Origin: Candidatus Omnitrophica bacterium UBA6253
Lineage (GTDB): Bacteria; Omnitrophota; Gorgyraeia; Gygaellales; Profunditerraquicolaceae
DNA: 64,000 nucleotides
Assembly (NCBI GenBank): GCA_002441245.1
Contig: DJVP01000005.1
Location: 66,303 to 130,302, forward strand
Direction of reading: 5' to 3'
The notes beneath the pieces are model-generated. The model saw nothing but the letters and a program-made list of their open reading frames with translations, made no database searches and was not told the DNA's origin. The translations under genes were made by a program, and so were the position numbers. The stretch's first letter is position 1, and every line of letters begins with the position of its first letter. This document shows, in pieces, positions 9,146-17,841 of this stretch.

Positions 9146-9448
9146 TTGAGGCCTAAAAAGACCAGATGGATAAAATGCGCCCCGGATGAGAGGTGTTTTA
9201 AGCCGCGTTGTAAGCCGCTTAGCAAACTTCAGGGTGTTTATCTTAGCCTCGACGAGTTTGAAGCTATTCGTTTGGCTGATCTTGTGGGGTTAAAGCAGAT
9301 AGATGCTTCAAGGCTTATGCATATATCCCGCCCGACATTTTCACGTATTGTAGCGTTGGCAAGAAAAAAAGTAGCAGATGGCTTAGTGAATATAAAGGTG
9401 ATTAGAATTGAAGGTGGTTGCTGCAGGATTAAAAGGAGGATAAAATGA
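9146..9448 (+). CDS. DUF134 (UPF0251) family predicted DNA-binding protein with a sigma70 region-4-like HTH. Probable regulator of the downstream ars cluster.
   Basis: MRPKKTRWIKCAPDERCFKPRCKP...LSLDEFEAIRLADLVGLKQIDASRLMHISRPTFSRIVALARKKVADGLVNIKVIRIEGG matches the DUF134 pattern (RPRKCR...FKP...L.ELEA.RL.DLEG..Q...A..M.VSR.TF.R....AR.KVA.ALV.GKAI.IEG). It has an N-terminal C-x6-C-x5-C motif and a C-terminal CC pair. Confidence 0.8.
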   Translation: MRPKKTRWIKCAPDERCFKPRCKPLSKLQGVYLSLDEFEAIRLADLVGLKQIDASRLMHISRPTFSRIVALARKKVADGLVNIKVIRIEGGCCRIKRRIK

Positions 9449-9594
9449 AAGATTTAACTGGCCAGGGGAAGATAAAAAAAGGTTTTTTTGCCAGGATGAT
9501 TGATAAATTGGATAAAAAAATGCAAGAAAAGTCAAAATCTAAATCTTGTTGTTGCAATAACGGTAAATCGGATAAGAAATCATGCTGCAGTTAA
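9445..9594 (+). CDS. Unannotated 49-aa cysteine-rich micro-ORF (MKDLTGQGKIKKGFFARMIDKLDKKMQEKSKSKSCCCNNGKSDKKSCCS), a putative thiol/metal(loid)-binding peptide.
   Basis: Its ATG overlaps the DUF134 stop (ATGA at 9445-9448) and its stop overlaps the ArsP start by 13 nt. The RBS AAAAGGAGGA lies 8 nt upstream. The C-terminus carries CCC-x9-CC. It is under 60 aa and therefore absent from the track. Confidence 0.45.
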   Translation: MKDLTGQGKIKKGFFARMIDKLDKKMQEKSKSKSCCCNNGKSDKKSCCS

Positions 9595-10544
9595 TTGTAG
9601 ATTGGCTGGTATATTCTTTATTTAAATTGGACCCGCTTGCTAAATGGGCGCAAGTAATAAACTTTTTTATTTACGATTCTATAAAGATTTTATTACTTTT
9701 GTTTGTTTTGATTTCTATTATTGGATTTTTGAGGTCATATTTACCGGCAGGTAAAATAAAACAGTATTTAAGCGGCAAGAAAGTATTTCCTAACCTTTTG
9801 GCCTCTATGTTTGGTGCAGTAACCCCGTTTTGTTCCTGCTCCTCAATTCCTATATTTATAAGCTTTCTTGAAGCAGGTGTCCCCTTAGGGGTAACATTTT
9901 CCTTTTTGATTACATCGCCCTTGATTAATGAGTATCTTGTTGTGTTGATGATCGGTTTCTTTGGTTTTAAGATTACGTTTTTTTATGTGTTGAGTGGCAT
10001 AATAATAGGGGTTGTTTCCGGGATTGTTTTGGGAAGAATGAGACTGGAGAGGTATCTTGTAAAAGATTTGGTCAATCAGAATAGTCAGAATACTTCTGCA
10101 AAAATACCGAAAGGTTTTAAAGACCGGATATTATTTGGGGTACAAGAGGCAAAATCAATTGTCGAAAAACTCTGGTTCTGGGTTTTAGCCGGGGTAGGCC
10201 TGGGCGCGTTAATCCATAATTTTGTTCCGCAGGAGCTTGTACATAATTTAATAAACAAGGCGGGGTTTTTTAGTGTCCCCCTGGCTGCATTTATCGGAGT
10301 CTTCATGTATGGCAGCTGTGCGGCAATTGTGCCGATAGCCGTAGCTTTATTCCAAAAAGGATTCCCCCTTGGCACTGCGTTAGCTTTTATGATGGCAGTT
10401 TCAGCGTTAAGCCTGCCTGAGGCAATTATGTTAAGAAGGGCGATGCAATTAAAATTGATTGCTATATTCTTTATAGTGACTACTGCGGCGATCATCCTTA
10501 CGGGTTACCTGTTTAATTTCTTGCAAAGAATTTTATTTGGATAA
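9582..10544 (+). CDS. arsP: ArsP-type organoarsenical efflux permease (DUF318 permease family).
   Basis: Eight predicted TM segments. The diagnostic ArsP motif TPFCSCSSIP appears in ...FGAVTPFCSCSSIPIFISFLEAG... Confidence 0.75.
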   Translation: MLQLIVDWLVYSLFKLDPLAKWAQVINFFIYDSIKILLLLFVLISIIGFLRSYLPAGKIKQYLSGKKVFPNLLASMFGAVTPFCSCSSIPIFISFLEAGVPLGVTFSFLITSPLINEYLVVLMIGFFGFKITFFYVLSGIIIGVVSGIVLGRMRLERYLVKDLVNQNSQNTSAKIPKGFKDRILFGVQEAKSIVEKLWFWVLAGVGLGALIHNFVPQELVHNLINKAGFFSVPLAAFIGVFMYGSCAAIVPIAVALFQKGFPLGTALAFMMAVSALSLPEAIMLRRAMQLKLIAIFFIVTTAAIILTGYLFNFLQRILFG

Positions 10545-10546
10545 AA

Positions 10547-10981
10547 TTGAAAAAAATACTTTTGATTTTTCTTATTTTTGCACTCTTTAGTTCCGATGTT
10601 GAGCTTACTGTAAATCTTGTTTGTGCAGCGCAGGCACCAACATCAAAAGTAATAGCCTATTATTTTCATGGTTCTTTCCGGTGTCCGACTTGCCGTAAAC
10701 TTGAACAATATTCTAAAGAGGCTATAGAAACTAATTTCGAAGACGCACTTGCAGCTGGTGAATTGGAATTTAAGGTTATCAACGTGGAAACTAAGGAAAA
10801 TGAGCATTATACAAGAGATTATCAGCTTTACACCAAATCGCTTATTTTGTCTTTTATTAAAGACGGCAAGCAGGAAAGATGGAAGAACCTTGATAAGATT
10901 TGGGAATATGCAGGTAATAGACAGAGATTCATTGATTATGTGAAGGATGAGACCGGAAATTTTCTAAGAGAAGCCCAATGA
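10547..10981 (+). CDS. Periplasmic thioredoxin-fold protein with a CPTC active site.
   Basis: Signal peptide MKKILLIFLIFALFSS. Motif FHGSFRCPTCRKLE has the WCxxC-like geometry of thioredoxin/TlpA-type oxidoreductases. Confidence 0.65.
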   Translation: MKKILLIFLIFALFSSDVELTVNLVCAAQAPTSKVIAYYFHGSFRCPTCRKLEQYSKEAIETNFEDALAAGELEFKVINVETKENEHYTRDYQLYTKSLILSFIKDGKQERWKNLDKIWEYAGNRQRFIDYVKDETGNFLREAQ

Positions 10982-11673
10982 CGGAGATATTAATAAGTTC
11001 AGTGTCGGCGTTGTGGCTTGGCATATTAGCTTCAATAAGCCCTTGTCCTTTGGCCAGTAATGTGGCTGCTGTTTCTTTTTTGTCTAAGAAGATAGTGCAT
11101 CCGGCGCTTGTGTTCATTTCTGGAATTGCCTATACGCTTGGCAGAATGGTTTCCTATGCGGTTTTAGGATGGGTTATTATCAACTCTTTTTTAAGTGTCC
11201 CGCAGGTTGCCCAGTTCCTGCAGAAATATATAGGTAAAGTTTTAGGCCCTCTTTTAATAATTACGGGGCTTATTTTGTTGAGAGTAATAATCCTGCGTTT
11301 GCCAAATATTTCGCTTTCCGAAAAACATCAAAATAGGCTTGGGGAATCATCTGCTGCAGGAGCTTTTCTTTTAGGTTTTATTTTTGCCTTAGCATTTTGT
11401 CCAATTTCAGCAGCACTATTCTTTGGCAGTATTATTCCCTTGGCGCTTAATAGTAAAACGGGGGCATTATTGCCATTTATCTATGGAGTTGGCACCGGGC
11501 TTCCGGTGTTAATATTTGCAGTGGCTATTGCTTTTGGTGTTACCTCTTTTAAGCAATGGTTTGGCCGGATTGCTGAAATAGAATGCTATACCCGTTGTTT
11601 AACCGGAGCGATTTTTATAGTTATTGGAGTTTATTATGTATGGGTGCATATAATATCTATATCTAAAATATAG
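10978..11673 (+). CDS. CcdA/DsbD-family transmembrane thiol:disulfide electron-transfer protein.
   Basis: Six TM helices with one Cys in each of two TM segments, ISPCPLA and LAFCPIS. This is the CcdA/DsbD-beta arrangement. It overlaps the thioredoxin-like gene by 4 nt. Confidence 0.6.
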   Translation: MTEILISSVSALWLGILASISPCPLASNVAAVSFLSKKIVHPALVFISGIAYTLGRMVSYAVLGWVIINSFLSVPQVAQFLQKYIGKVLGPLLIITGLILLRVIILRLPNISLSEKHQNRLGESSAAGAFLLGFIFALAFCPISAALFFGSIIPLALNSKTGALLPFIYGVGTGLPVLIFAVAIAFGVTSFKQWFGRIAEIECYTRCLTGAIFIVIGVYYVWVHIISISKI

Positions 11674-11683
11674 GAGCAATTCT

Positions 11684-12853
11684 ATGAGCAAAATCCGAGA
11701 ACGGAATATGTCAATATTTGAGAAGTACCTGAGCTTTTGGGTTTTGTCGTGTATTGGAATGGGAATTATGATAGGCAGGATCGCTCCGGGTACGGCAAGA
11801 TTTCTTGATGGAATGGCTATTTATGTAAATGGAGCCCCGGTTGTTTCAATACCTATTGCTGTCTGTTTATTCTTTATGATGTATCCTATAATGGTAAAGA
11901 TAGATTTTGCGCAGGTGTTAAAAGCAGGAAGATCTCCTAAGCCGGTAGGCTTGACACTATTTGTGAATTGGGCGGTAAAACCTTTTACTATGTATGCTAT
12001 CGCTTTTTTGTTCCTGGGAATCTTATTTAAAGGATTAATCGGAGTGGATGCGGTAGATCTTGTTAAGCTTCCGCCTGGAGGGGATTGGGTTTTGGGTTCT
12101 ATCCACGGTTCAGGAACAGTTGTTATGAATGAAGGCATAAAAATGCTTCAGGTGCCACTCTGGCGCAGTTATTTCGCTGGGTGTATCTTACTTGGTGTTG
12201 CCCCCTGCACGGCAATGGTTTTGGTCTGGGGCTTCCTTGCTGGAGGCAACGACGGGCATACGCTTGTTATGGTCGCTATTAATTCTCTCGCCATGCTGTT
12301 GTTTTACGGCTTTTTGGGAGGGTTTCTGCTGGGCGTTGGAAGGATGCCGGTCCCTTGGCAGGCGTTATTATTATCAATCGCAATTTATGTGGCATTGCCT
12401 TTAATAACGGGGTATTTTTCAAGAAAATGGATTATTTCGCGTAAGGGGATAGGATGGTTTAATGAAAATTTCTTGCAGGTTTTGGCCCAGGTTTCAATTA
12501 TTGCCTTGTTATTTACTCTAGTCCTTTTGTTTTCATTTAAGGGGGGAGTAATCCTGGCGCAACCATTAACTATCCTTTGGATAGCCATTCCGCTTTTTAT
12601 CCAGACATGCCTTATATTTGCTTTCACTTACTGGATGGCAAAGAAAATTCGTTTAAAATATGAAGATGCGGCGCCTTCGGCCATAGTTGGGGCCAGTAAT
12701 CATTTTGAAGTTGCAATCGCCACGGCTACCATGCTGTTTGGGCTTTCATCGGGAGCAGCTTTGGCTACGGTAGTTGGAGTTTTGATCGAAGTTCCTGTTA
12801 TGCTTATGCTGGTAAAATTCTGTTTAAATACGAGAAATTGGTTTAAACAGTAA
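11684..12853 (+). CDS. acr3: Acr3-family arsenite efflux transporter.
   Basis: N-terminus [13 protein letters not shown] and the conserved [12 protein letters not shown] segment, containing the Acr3 catalytic Cys in the P-C-T-A motif. About 10 TM helices. The true start may be the internal Met at 11708. Confidence 0.85.
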   Translation: MSKIRERNMSIFEKYLSFWVLSCIGMGIMIGRIAPGTARFLDGMAIYVNGAPVVSIPIAVCLFFMMYPIMVKIDFAQVLKAGRSPKPVGLTLFVNWAVKPFTMYAIAFLFLGILFKGLIGVDAVDLVKLPPGGDWVLGSIHGSGTVVMNEGIKMLQVPLWRSYFAGCILLGVAPCTAMVLVWGFLAGGNDGHTLVMVAINSLAMLLFYGFLGGFLLGVGRMPVPWQALLLSIAIYVALPLITGYFSRKWIISRKGIGWFNENFLQVLAQVSIIALLFTLVLLFSFKGGVILAQPLTILWIAIPLFIQTCLIFAFTYWMAKKIRLKYEDAAPSAIVGASNHFEVAIATATMLFGLSSGAALATVVGVLIEVPVMLMLVKFCLNTRNWFKQ

Positions 12854-12963
12854 AGGCCGGTTGCCCTCCTTTTCTGAAAATAATTGCTTAGCAGTTTTAT
12901 GGTGTTATAATGATTCATTAATTTTTAGGGGTTTAGTATTAGAACCAGTTTTATTAAAATACC

Positions 12964-14586
12964 ATGGTTTTTATTATTTTTATCTTGACCGGGTTAATCT
13001 TTGGGTTGGGTTATTTAAAATACGGTAAATTTCTGGCCCGGTTATTTGAGCTGGATGATAAGAATTCTCCTCCATCGGAGACCATGTATGACGGAGTGGA
13101 TTATGTGCCTGCCCCTGCACCAGTATTGTTTGGGCATCATTTTTCGTCAATCTCCGGAGCCGGTCCGGTTTTAGGCCCGATTATTGCTGGCTTGGCTTTT
13201 GGTTGGCTTCCGGTATGGCTTTGGGTGATTATTGGATCTATTTTTATTGGTGGCGTGCATGATTTTTCCAGTATGGTTATTTCTATGCGTAACCGCGGAA
13301 GGTCAATTGCTGAGATCGCCAGTAACTATATGTCCAGGAGGGCTTACCGGCTGATGCTGGTTTTTATCTGGCTTACCCTGGTCTATGTGCTTGCTGTATT
13401 TATGGACCTGACTGCCGTGACTTTTAAGGCTGATGGTGGGGTAGCTACCTCTTCGATATTATTCATTATACTAGCTATTGGTTTTGGGTTGGCGCTTTAT
13501 CGATTAAAAATTCCGCTTCTTTGGGCTACCGGGATATTTGTTTTTTTGCTTTTTTCTTGTGTTTGGCTTGGGCAAAAGATACCTCTTAATAATGTTCCGG
13601 TTTTATTTGGCGATAGCATAAAAACTTGGAATATTGTCTTGATTGTTTATTGTTTTATTGCCTCGGTTACTCCGGTTTGGATTTTGCTTCAACCAAGAGA
13701 TTATCTTTCAAGTTTTCTGCTTTATGGATCAATTTTAGGCGGTTCTTTAGGAATAGTTTTTGGCGGGTTCACCCTAAAATACCCGGCCTTTACCGGCTTG
13801 GTTTCCTCTGATATAGGCTCAATGTTTCCGCTTTTATTCGTTACTGTGGCTTGCGGTGCTATCAGTGGTTTTCATTCTATTGTTTCCAGCGGCACTTCTT
13901 CTAAGCAAATCAAGAAAGAAACCCATGTCTTGCCAATAGGTTATGGAGCGATGCTGGTGGAAGGGGTAGTAGCAGTAATCGCTCTTTGTACCATAATGAT
14001 AATTGGTAAAAATGATTCTCTAATTAAAGGAAATCCACTTGCTATCTATGGAGCTGGTATGGCTAAATTTTTATCTATATTCGGTATCCCGGAAAAATAT
14101 GGCAGTTCTTTTGGTGTCTTGGCCCTATCCACTTTTATCCTGACTACCCTTGATACTGCTACCCGGCTTGGCCGCTATATTTTCCAGGAATTCTTTCGTA
14201 TGGAAGCAAAGAGTTCCCGTTTTATTTCTACCATAGCGACATTATTCTTACCGGCCGTATTTGTTTTAGTAAACCTAAAAGATGCCAATGGCAATATTGT
14301 CCCGGCCTGGAAAACTATCTGGCCTGTTTTTGGGGCCACTAACCAGCTGTTGGCAGGCTTGGCGTTGATGGTAGTTGGTGTTTGGTTAAAGAAAAAGGGA
14401 AAGCCGTTTTGGTTTGCGGTATTGCCAATGATATTTATGCTTGCAATGACCTTGTGGGCTTTGTTTATCGTAATCATTCAGTATAAAATCAGCCTGCTTG
14501 GGTTTATTGGAGGCATCTTGCTGTTTCTATCTGTTTTCTTGATCCTGGAAGCTATCAAAATATTTAAGCCAGGCATTAACGGCTAA
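12964..14586 (+). CDS. cstA: Carbon starvation protein A (CstA) family peptide/pyruvate transporter.
   Basis: N-terminal CstA signature ...LFGHHFSSISGAGPVLGPIIAGLAFGWLP... and a polytopic membrane protein of about 540 aa. Confidence 0.85.
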   Translation: MVFIIFILTGLIFGLGYLKYGKFLARLFELDDKNSPPSETMYDGVDYVPAPAPVLFGHHFSSISGAGPVLGPIIAGLAFGWLPVWLWVIIGSIFIGGVHDFSSMVISMRNRGRSIAEIASNYMSRRAYRLMLVFIWLTLVYVLAVFMDLTAVTFKADGGVATSSILFIILAIGFGLALYRLKIPLLWATGIFVFLLFSCVWLGQKIPLNNVPVLFGDSIKTWNIVLIVYCFIASVTPVWILLQPRDYLSSFLLYGSILGGSLGIVFGGFTLKYPAFTGLVSSDIGSMFPLLFVTVACGAISGFHSIVSSGTSSKQIKKETHVLPIGYGAMLVEGVVAVIALCTIMIIGKNDSLIKGNPLAIYGAGMAKFLSIFGIPEKYGSSFGVLALSTFILTTLDTATRLGRYIFQEFFRMEAKSSRFISTIATLFLPAVFVLVNLKDANGNIVPAWKTIWPVFGATNQLLAGLALMVVGVWLKKKGKPFWFAVLPMIFMLAMTLWALFIVIIQYKISLLGFIGGILLFLSVFLILEAIKIFKPGING

Positions 14587-14702
14587 AGCCTTGATAATAA
14601 ATGTTTTATATGGTATATTAAGCAACAACAATCATACTATATGAGGTGGAGATGGTTCAGGTAAATAAGCGGAAACGTCCTCACATAAGCTGGTAAATTT
14701 AA

Positions 14703-14748
14703 ACTCAGGCTTCTTGCGTTATTAAACGCAAGGGCTTGAGTTTTTTGT
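14703..14748 (+). terminator. Rho-independent terminator downstream of cstA.
   Basis: Hairpin CTCAGGCTTCTTGCGTT-ATTA-AACGCAAGGGCTTGAG with an inner perfect 8-bp stem (CTTGCGTT/AACGCAAG), followed by TTTTTTG. Coordinates are approximate to within 2 nt. Confidence 0.6.
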
Positions 14749-14768
14749 TTCCGGGAGAGGCCTATTTT

Positions 14769-17700
14769 ATGCGTATACATATAAAATTAATTATTCAAAC
14801 CTGCATCCTTATATTGGTCGCTATTGTTATATTTTCAGTATATGTCAGGGTGGAATTTGAGCAGAACACTATTTTATTCCAGAGCCAGAAGAAGGATATA
14901 GAAGATACCTTCAATAAGATATTAGATCTCAAATCAAAGCCATTGGAAACACTTGCGCTGGATTATAGCTATTGGGATGAATTGGTAAGTTATGTTAAGA
15001 AACCGAATAAGGTATGGGCAGAGCAGTATTTAAAAACCGCCATTTCAACTTATGACGTTGATTTAATGCTGGTTTATGACCGGGGTTTTTCTATGGTTTA
15101 TCATGTTTCTACGGCCGGCAATGAGGCTCTTTATGGTCAATTCAGTCAAAAAGTGGCCTTGCCTGAGGTCTTTATGCAAAAGAGGGTTAACCATTTCTTT
15201 ATTTATGTCGTTGAAGGAGTATTGGAAGTGTGTGGCGCTTCGATACATCCTACAAATGATCCGTTAAGAAAAGGCGAGCCGCAGGGATTTTTATTCGTCG
15301 CTAAGCTGTGGAGTAAGGGGTATATTGATGAAATTTCCAGGATTACCGACTGCCGGTTAGATATAATTTATCCATTCAGCAAAACAACTTTTATAAACAA
15401 TTTTCAATATAGGGATGAGGCAATCCAGTTTTCAAAAATCCTAAGGGATTGGGGCAATAGCCCTGTTGCCAGAGTGGATGTGGCAAAGATATCACAAAGC
15501 GTTATTGAATCCAAATTTATGTCAAGGCTGGAGATCATACTTATCGTATTTTTTATTTTATTCGTAGCCTTGGTTTATATCTGGTTTATTATACGCCAAG
15601 TGTATAGGCCTTTGGTCCTCATATCCAGGGCGCTTAAAGAACATAACTTGCAGCATATTCTTAAGATGCAGTCCGGGAGCAATGAATTTGCCGAGATAGC
15701 CAGGCTTATATTTAAATTCTCGGAAAACAAAATTGAACTTGCCAAAGAGGTGAACTTACTTAAAATCACCGAGAACCAATTAGAAAAAGAACGTGACCGC
15801 GTGCAGGAATATTTGGATATTGCAGGCGTTATGCTGGTAATTTTGGATAAAGAGGGCAATATCAGCATGATTAATAAAAAAGGCTGCGCTATCCTGGGTT
15901 ATGAAGAACGGGAAATAATGGGAAAGAATTGGTTTCAAACCTGCCTGTTACAAGAAAACAAAGAAGAGGTGTCCGGAGTTTTTAGAAAGATTATTTCGGG
16001 TGATGAAGATTTTAAGGAGTATTATGAGAACCAGGTTTTAAGGAAAGATGGGGTATTGCGCATGGTTGCATTTCATAACGCTATCCTTAGGGGTAAAGAT
16101 TCCAAGATTATCGGCATATTATTTTCAGGGGAAGATATCACTGAGCGCAAGCAGATAGAAAAAGATTTGCATAAAATTTCCAGAGAATTGCAGGTAATAA
16201 TTGATTCTTCTCAGAGTATGATTTATTATAAAGATAAAGAGAACCGTTTTATTTTTGTAAATAAAGCCTTCGCGGAGATATCCGGATTACCAAAAGAAAG
16301 TATCGAAGGCAGGACCGCTTTTGAGCTTTTCCCGGAATATGCAGATAAATATTGGCAAGACGACCTCAGTGTTATAAATACAAATTTGCCAAAGTTAGAT
16401 ATCTATGAGTCTTTAATAACAAAAAATGGGGTGCTTTGGCTTAAGACAGATAAGATCCCTTATAAAGATGAGCACGGTAATATCATAGGGGTAATAGGGT
16501 TTTCTTTAGATGTTACCTTGCAAAAACAGGCTGAAGAAGCGTTATTGGAGAGCGAAGAAAAATACCGTAGCATCGTAAACAATATCGGTATCGGCATTGC
16601 GTTGATTAGCCCGGATATGGAGATTTTGTCTTTGAACAGTCAAATGAGGCAGTGGTATCCCGGTATTGATTTGAAACAAAAACATATTTGTTATTGTTGT
16701 TTTAATAATCCTCCGGCGAAGGAAATCTGCTCTTATTGTCCGACTGTCAAGACACTCAAAGACGGACAGGTCCATGAAAGTGTCACGGAGACCCCTATGG
16801 GAGATAAAATCTTTAATTATAGAATTATTTCTTCACCTGTCCGGGGTAAAAACGGGAAGATCGTTGCGGCAATTGAGATGGTTGAGGATATTACTGAGAG
16901 CAGAAGGGCGGAAAAGGCGTTACGGGAGAGTGAGGAGCGTTATCGTGTTCTTTTTAACGGTTCTCATGATGCACTGATGACTTTGGACCCTCCCGGGTTT
17001 AAGTTTACTTCCGGCAATGTCGCAGCCATAGAGTTATTCGGAATTAAAGATATGGCGGAATTTACAACCCTTTGCCCATGGGATATATCTCCAGAAATTC
17101 AGCCTGACGGCAAGGCTTCTGTAGTAAAGGCAAAGGAGATGTTGGAAATCGCCATAAGCAAAGGATCGTCTTATTTTGAATGGACGCATAAGCGTCCTAA
17201 TGGAGAAGAATTTCTTTGTTTAGTTTTGCTTAGCGTGTTTACTTTTTCCGGTAAAAAGATAGTCCAGGCCAGTGTGCGCGATATTACCGAAACCAAGAAG
17301 ATAGAGGATGAGCTGAAGCGAAAAACGGAATTTTTAGAAGCCCAAAAAGAAGCTTCTCTTGATGGTTTGTTAGTTGTCGATGAATACGGAAAGAGGGTTT
17401 TGGCGAATAAACGGTTGATTGAACTATGGAAGATTCCGCAAGAGATCGTTGAAGATGAGAATGATGAAGCGCTCCTGCAGTATGTGGTGGAAAAAGCAAA
17501 AGATCCGCAGCAGTTTTTAGATAAAGTAAATTACCTTTATGCCCATAGGGATGAAAAAAGCCGCGATGAGATAGAGTTTAAAGATGGGATGGTTTTTGAC
17601 AGGTATTCATCCCCGGTTATTGATAAAAACGGAAAATACTTTGGCCGTATATGGACATTCCGGGATATCACCGAGCTTAAACAGGCGGAGCAGGAGCTAA

Positions 17701-17819
17701 AGAAGGACCTGCATGATCTGGAGGTCTTTTATAAAGCTTCTTTAGGCAGGGAAGAACGCATATTGGAACTTAAAAAGCACATAAGGGAGCTCGAGCAAAG
17801 ATTGGGTAACGTAAAATAA
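14769..17819 (+). CDS. Membrane-bound multi-PAS sensor protein with no output domain. It has two TM helices, a periplasmic domain of about 230 aa, four to five PAS/PAC domains, and a C-terminal coiled coil.
   Basis: The track start at 14736 is a TTG inside the terminator, so ATG 14769 (MRIHIKLIIQTCILILVAIV) is the preferred start. The second TM helix is LEIILIVFFILFVALVYIWFII. PAS signatures include MINKKGCAILGYEEREIMGKNWFQ and FVNKAFAEISGLPKESIEGRTAFELFP. No HisKA, HATPase, GGDEF, EAL or HD-GYP domain is present, and the protein ends in a coiled coil. Confidence 0.8.
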   Translation: MRIHIKLIIQTCILILVAIVIFSVYVRVEFEQNTILFQSQKKDIEDTFNKILDLKSKPLETLALDYSYWDELVSYVKKPNKVWAEQYLKTAISTYDVDLMLVYDRGFSMVYHVSTAGNEALYGQFSQKVALPEVFMQKRVNHFFIYVVEGVLEVCGASIHPTNDPLRKGEPQGFLFVAKLWSKGYIDEISRITDCRLDIIYPFSKTTFINNFQYRDEAIQFSKILRDWGNSPVARVDVAKISQSVIESKFMSRLEIILIVFFILFVALVYIWFIIRQVYRPLVLISRALKEHNLQHILKMQSGSNEFAEIARLIFKFSENKIELAKEVNLLKITENQLEKERDRVQEYLDIAGVMLVILDKEGNISMINKKGCAILGYEEREIMGKNWFQTCLLQENKEEVSGVFRKIISGDEDFKEYYENQVLRKDGVLRMVAFHNAILRGKDSKIIGILFSGEDITERKQIEKDLHKISRELQVIIDSSQSMIYYKDKENRFIFVNKAFAEISGLPKESIEGRTAFELFPEYADKYWQDDLSVINTNLPKLDIYESLITKNGVLWLKTDKIPYKDEHGNIIGVIGFSLDVTLQKQAEEALLESEEKYRSIVNNIGIGIALISPDMEILSLNSQMRQWYPGIDLKQKHICYCCFNNPPAKEICSYCPTVKTLKDGQVHESVTETPMGDKIFNYRIISSPVRGKNGKIVAAIEMVEDITESRRAEKALRESEERYRVLFNGSHDALMTLDPPGFKFTSGNVAAIELFGIKDMAEFTTLCPWDISPEIQPDGKASVVKAKEMLEIAISKGSSYFEWTHKRPNGEEFLCLVLLSVFTFSGKKIVQASVRDITETKKIEDELKRKTEFLEAQKEASLDGLLVVDEYGKRVLANKRLIELWKIPQEIVEDENDEALLQYVVEKAKDPQQFLDKVNYLYAHRDEKSRDEIEFKDGMVFDRYSSPVIDKNGKYFGRIWTFRDITELKQAEQELKKDLHDLEVFYKASLGREERILELKKHIRELEQRLGNVK

Positions 17820-17841
17820 ACCCCGGATTCAGGAGACAGGG

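Noticed and set aside
9450-9600. A riboswitch or leader peptide in the DUF134-arsP spacer.
   Set aside because: There is no spacer. The interval is fully occupied by the 49-codon coupled ORF with its own RBS, so a coding micropeptide is the simpler explanation.
14736-14768. TTG start of the PAS sensor ORF as given by the track.
   Set aside because: It lies inside the terminator hairpin of cstA. The downstream ATG (14769) begins the TM helix and is preferred.
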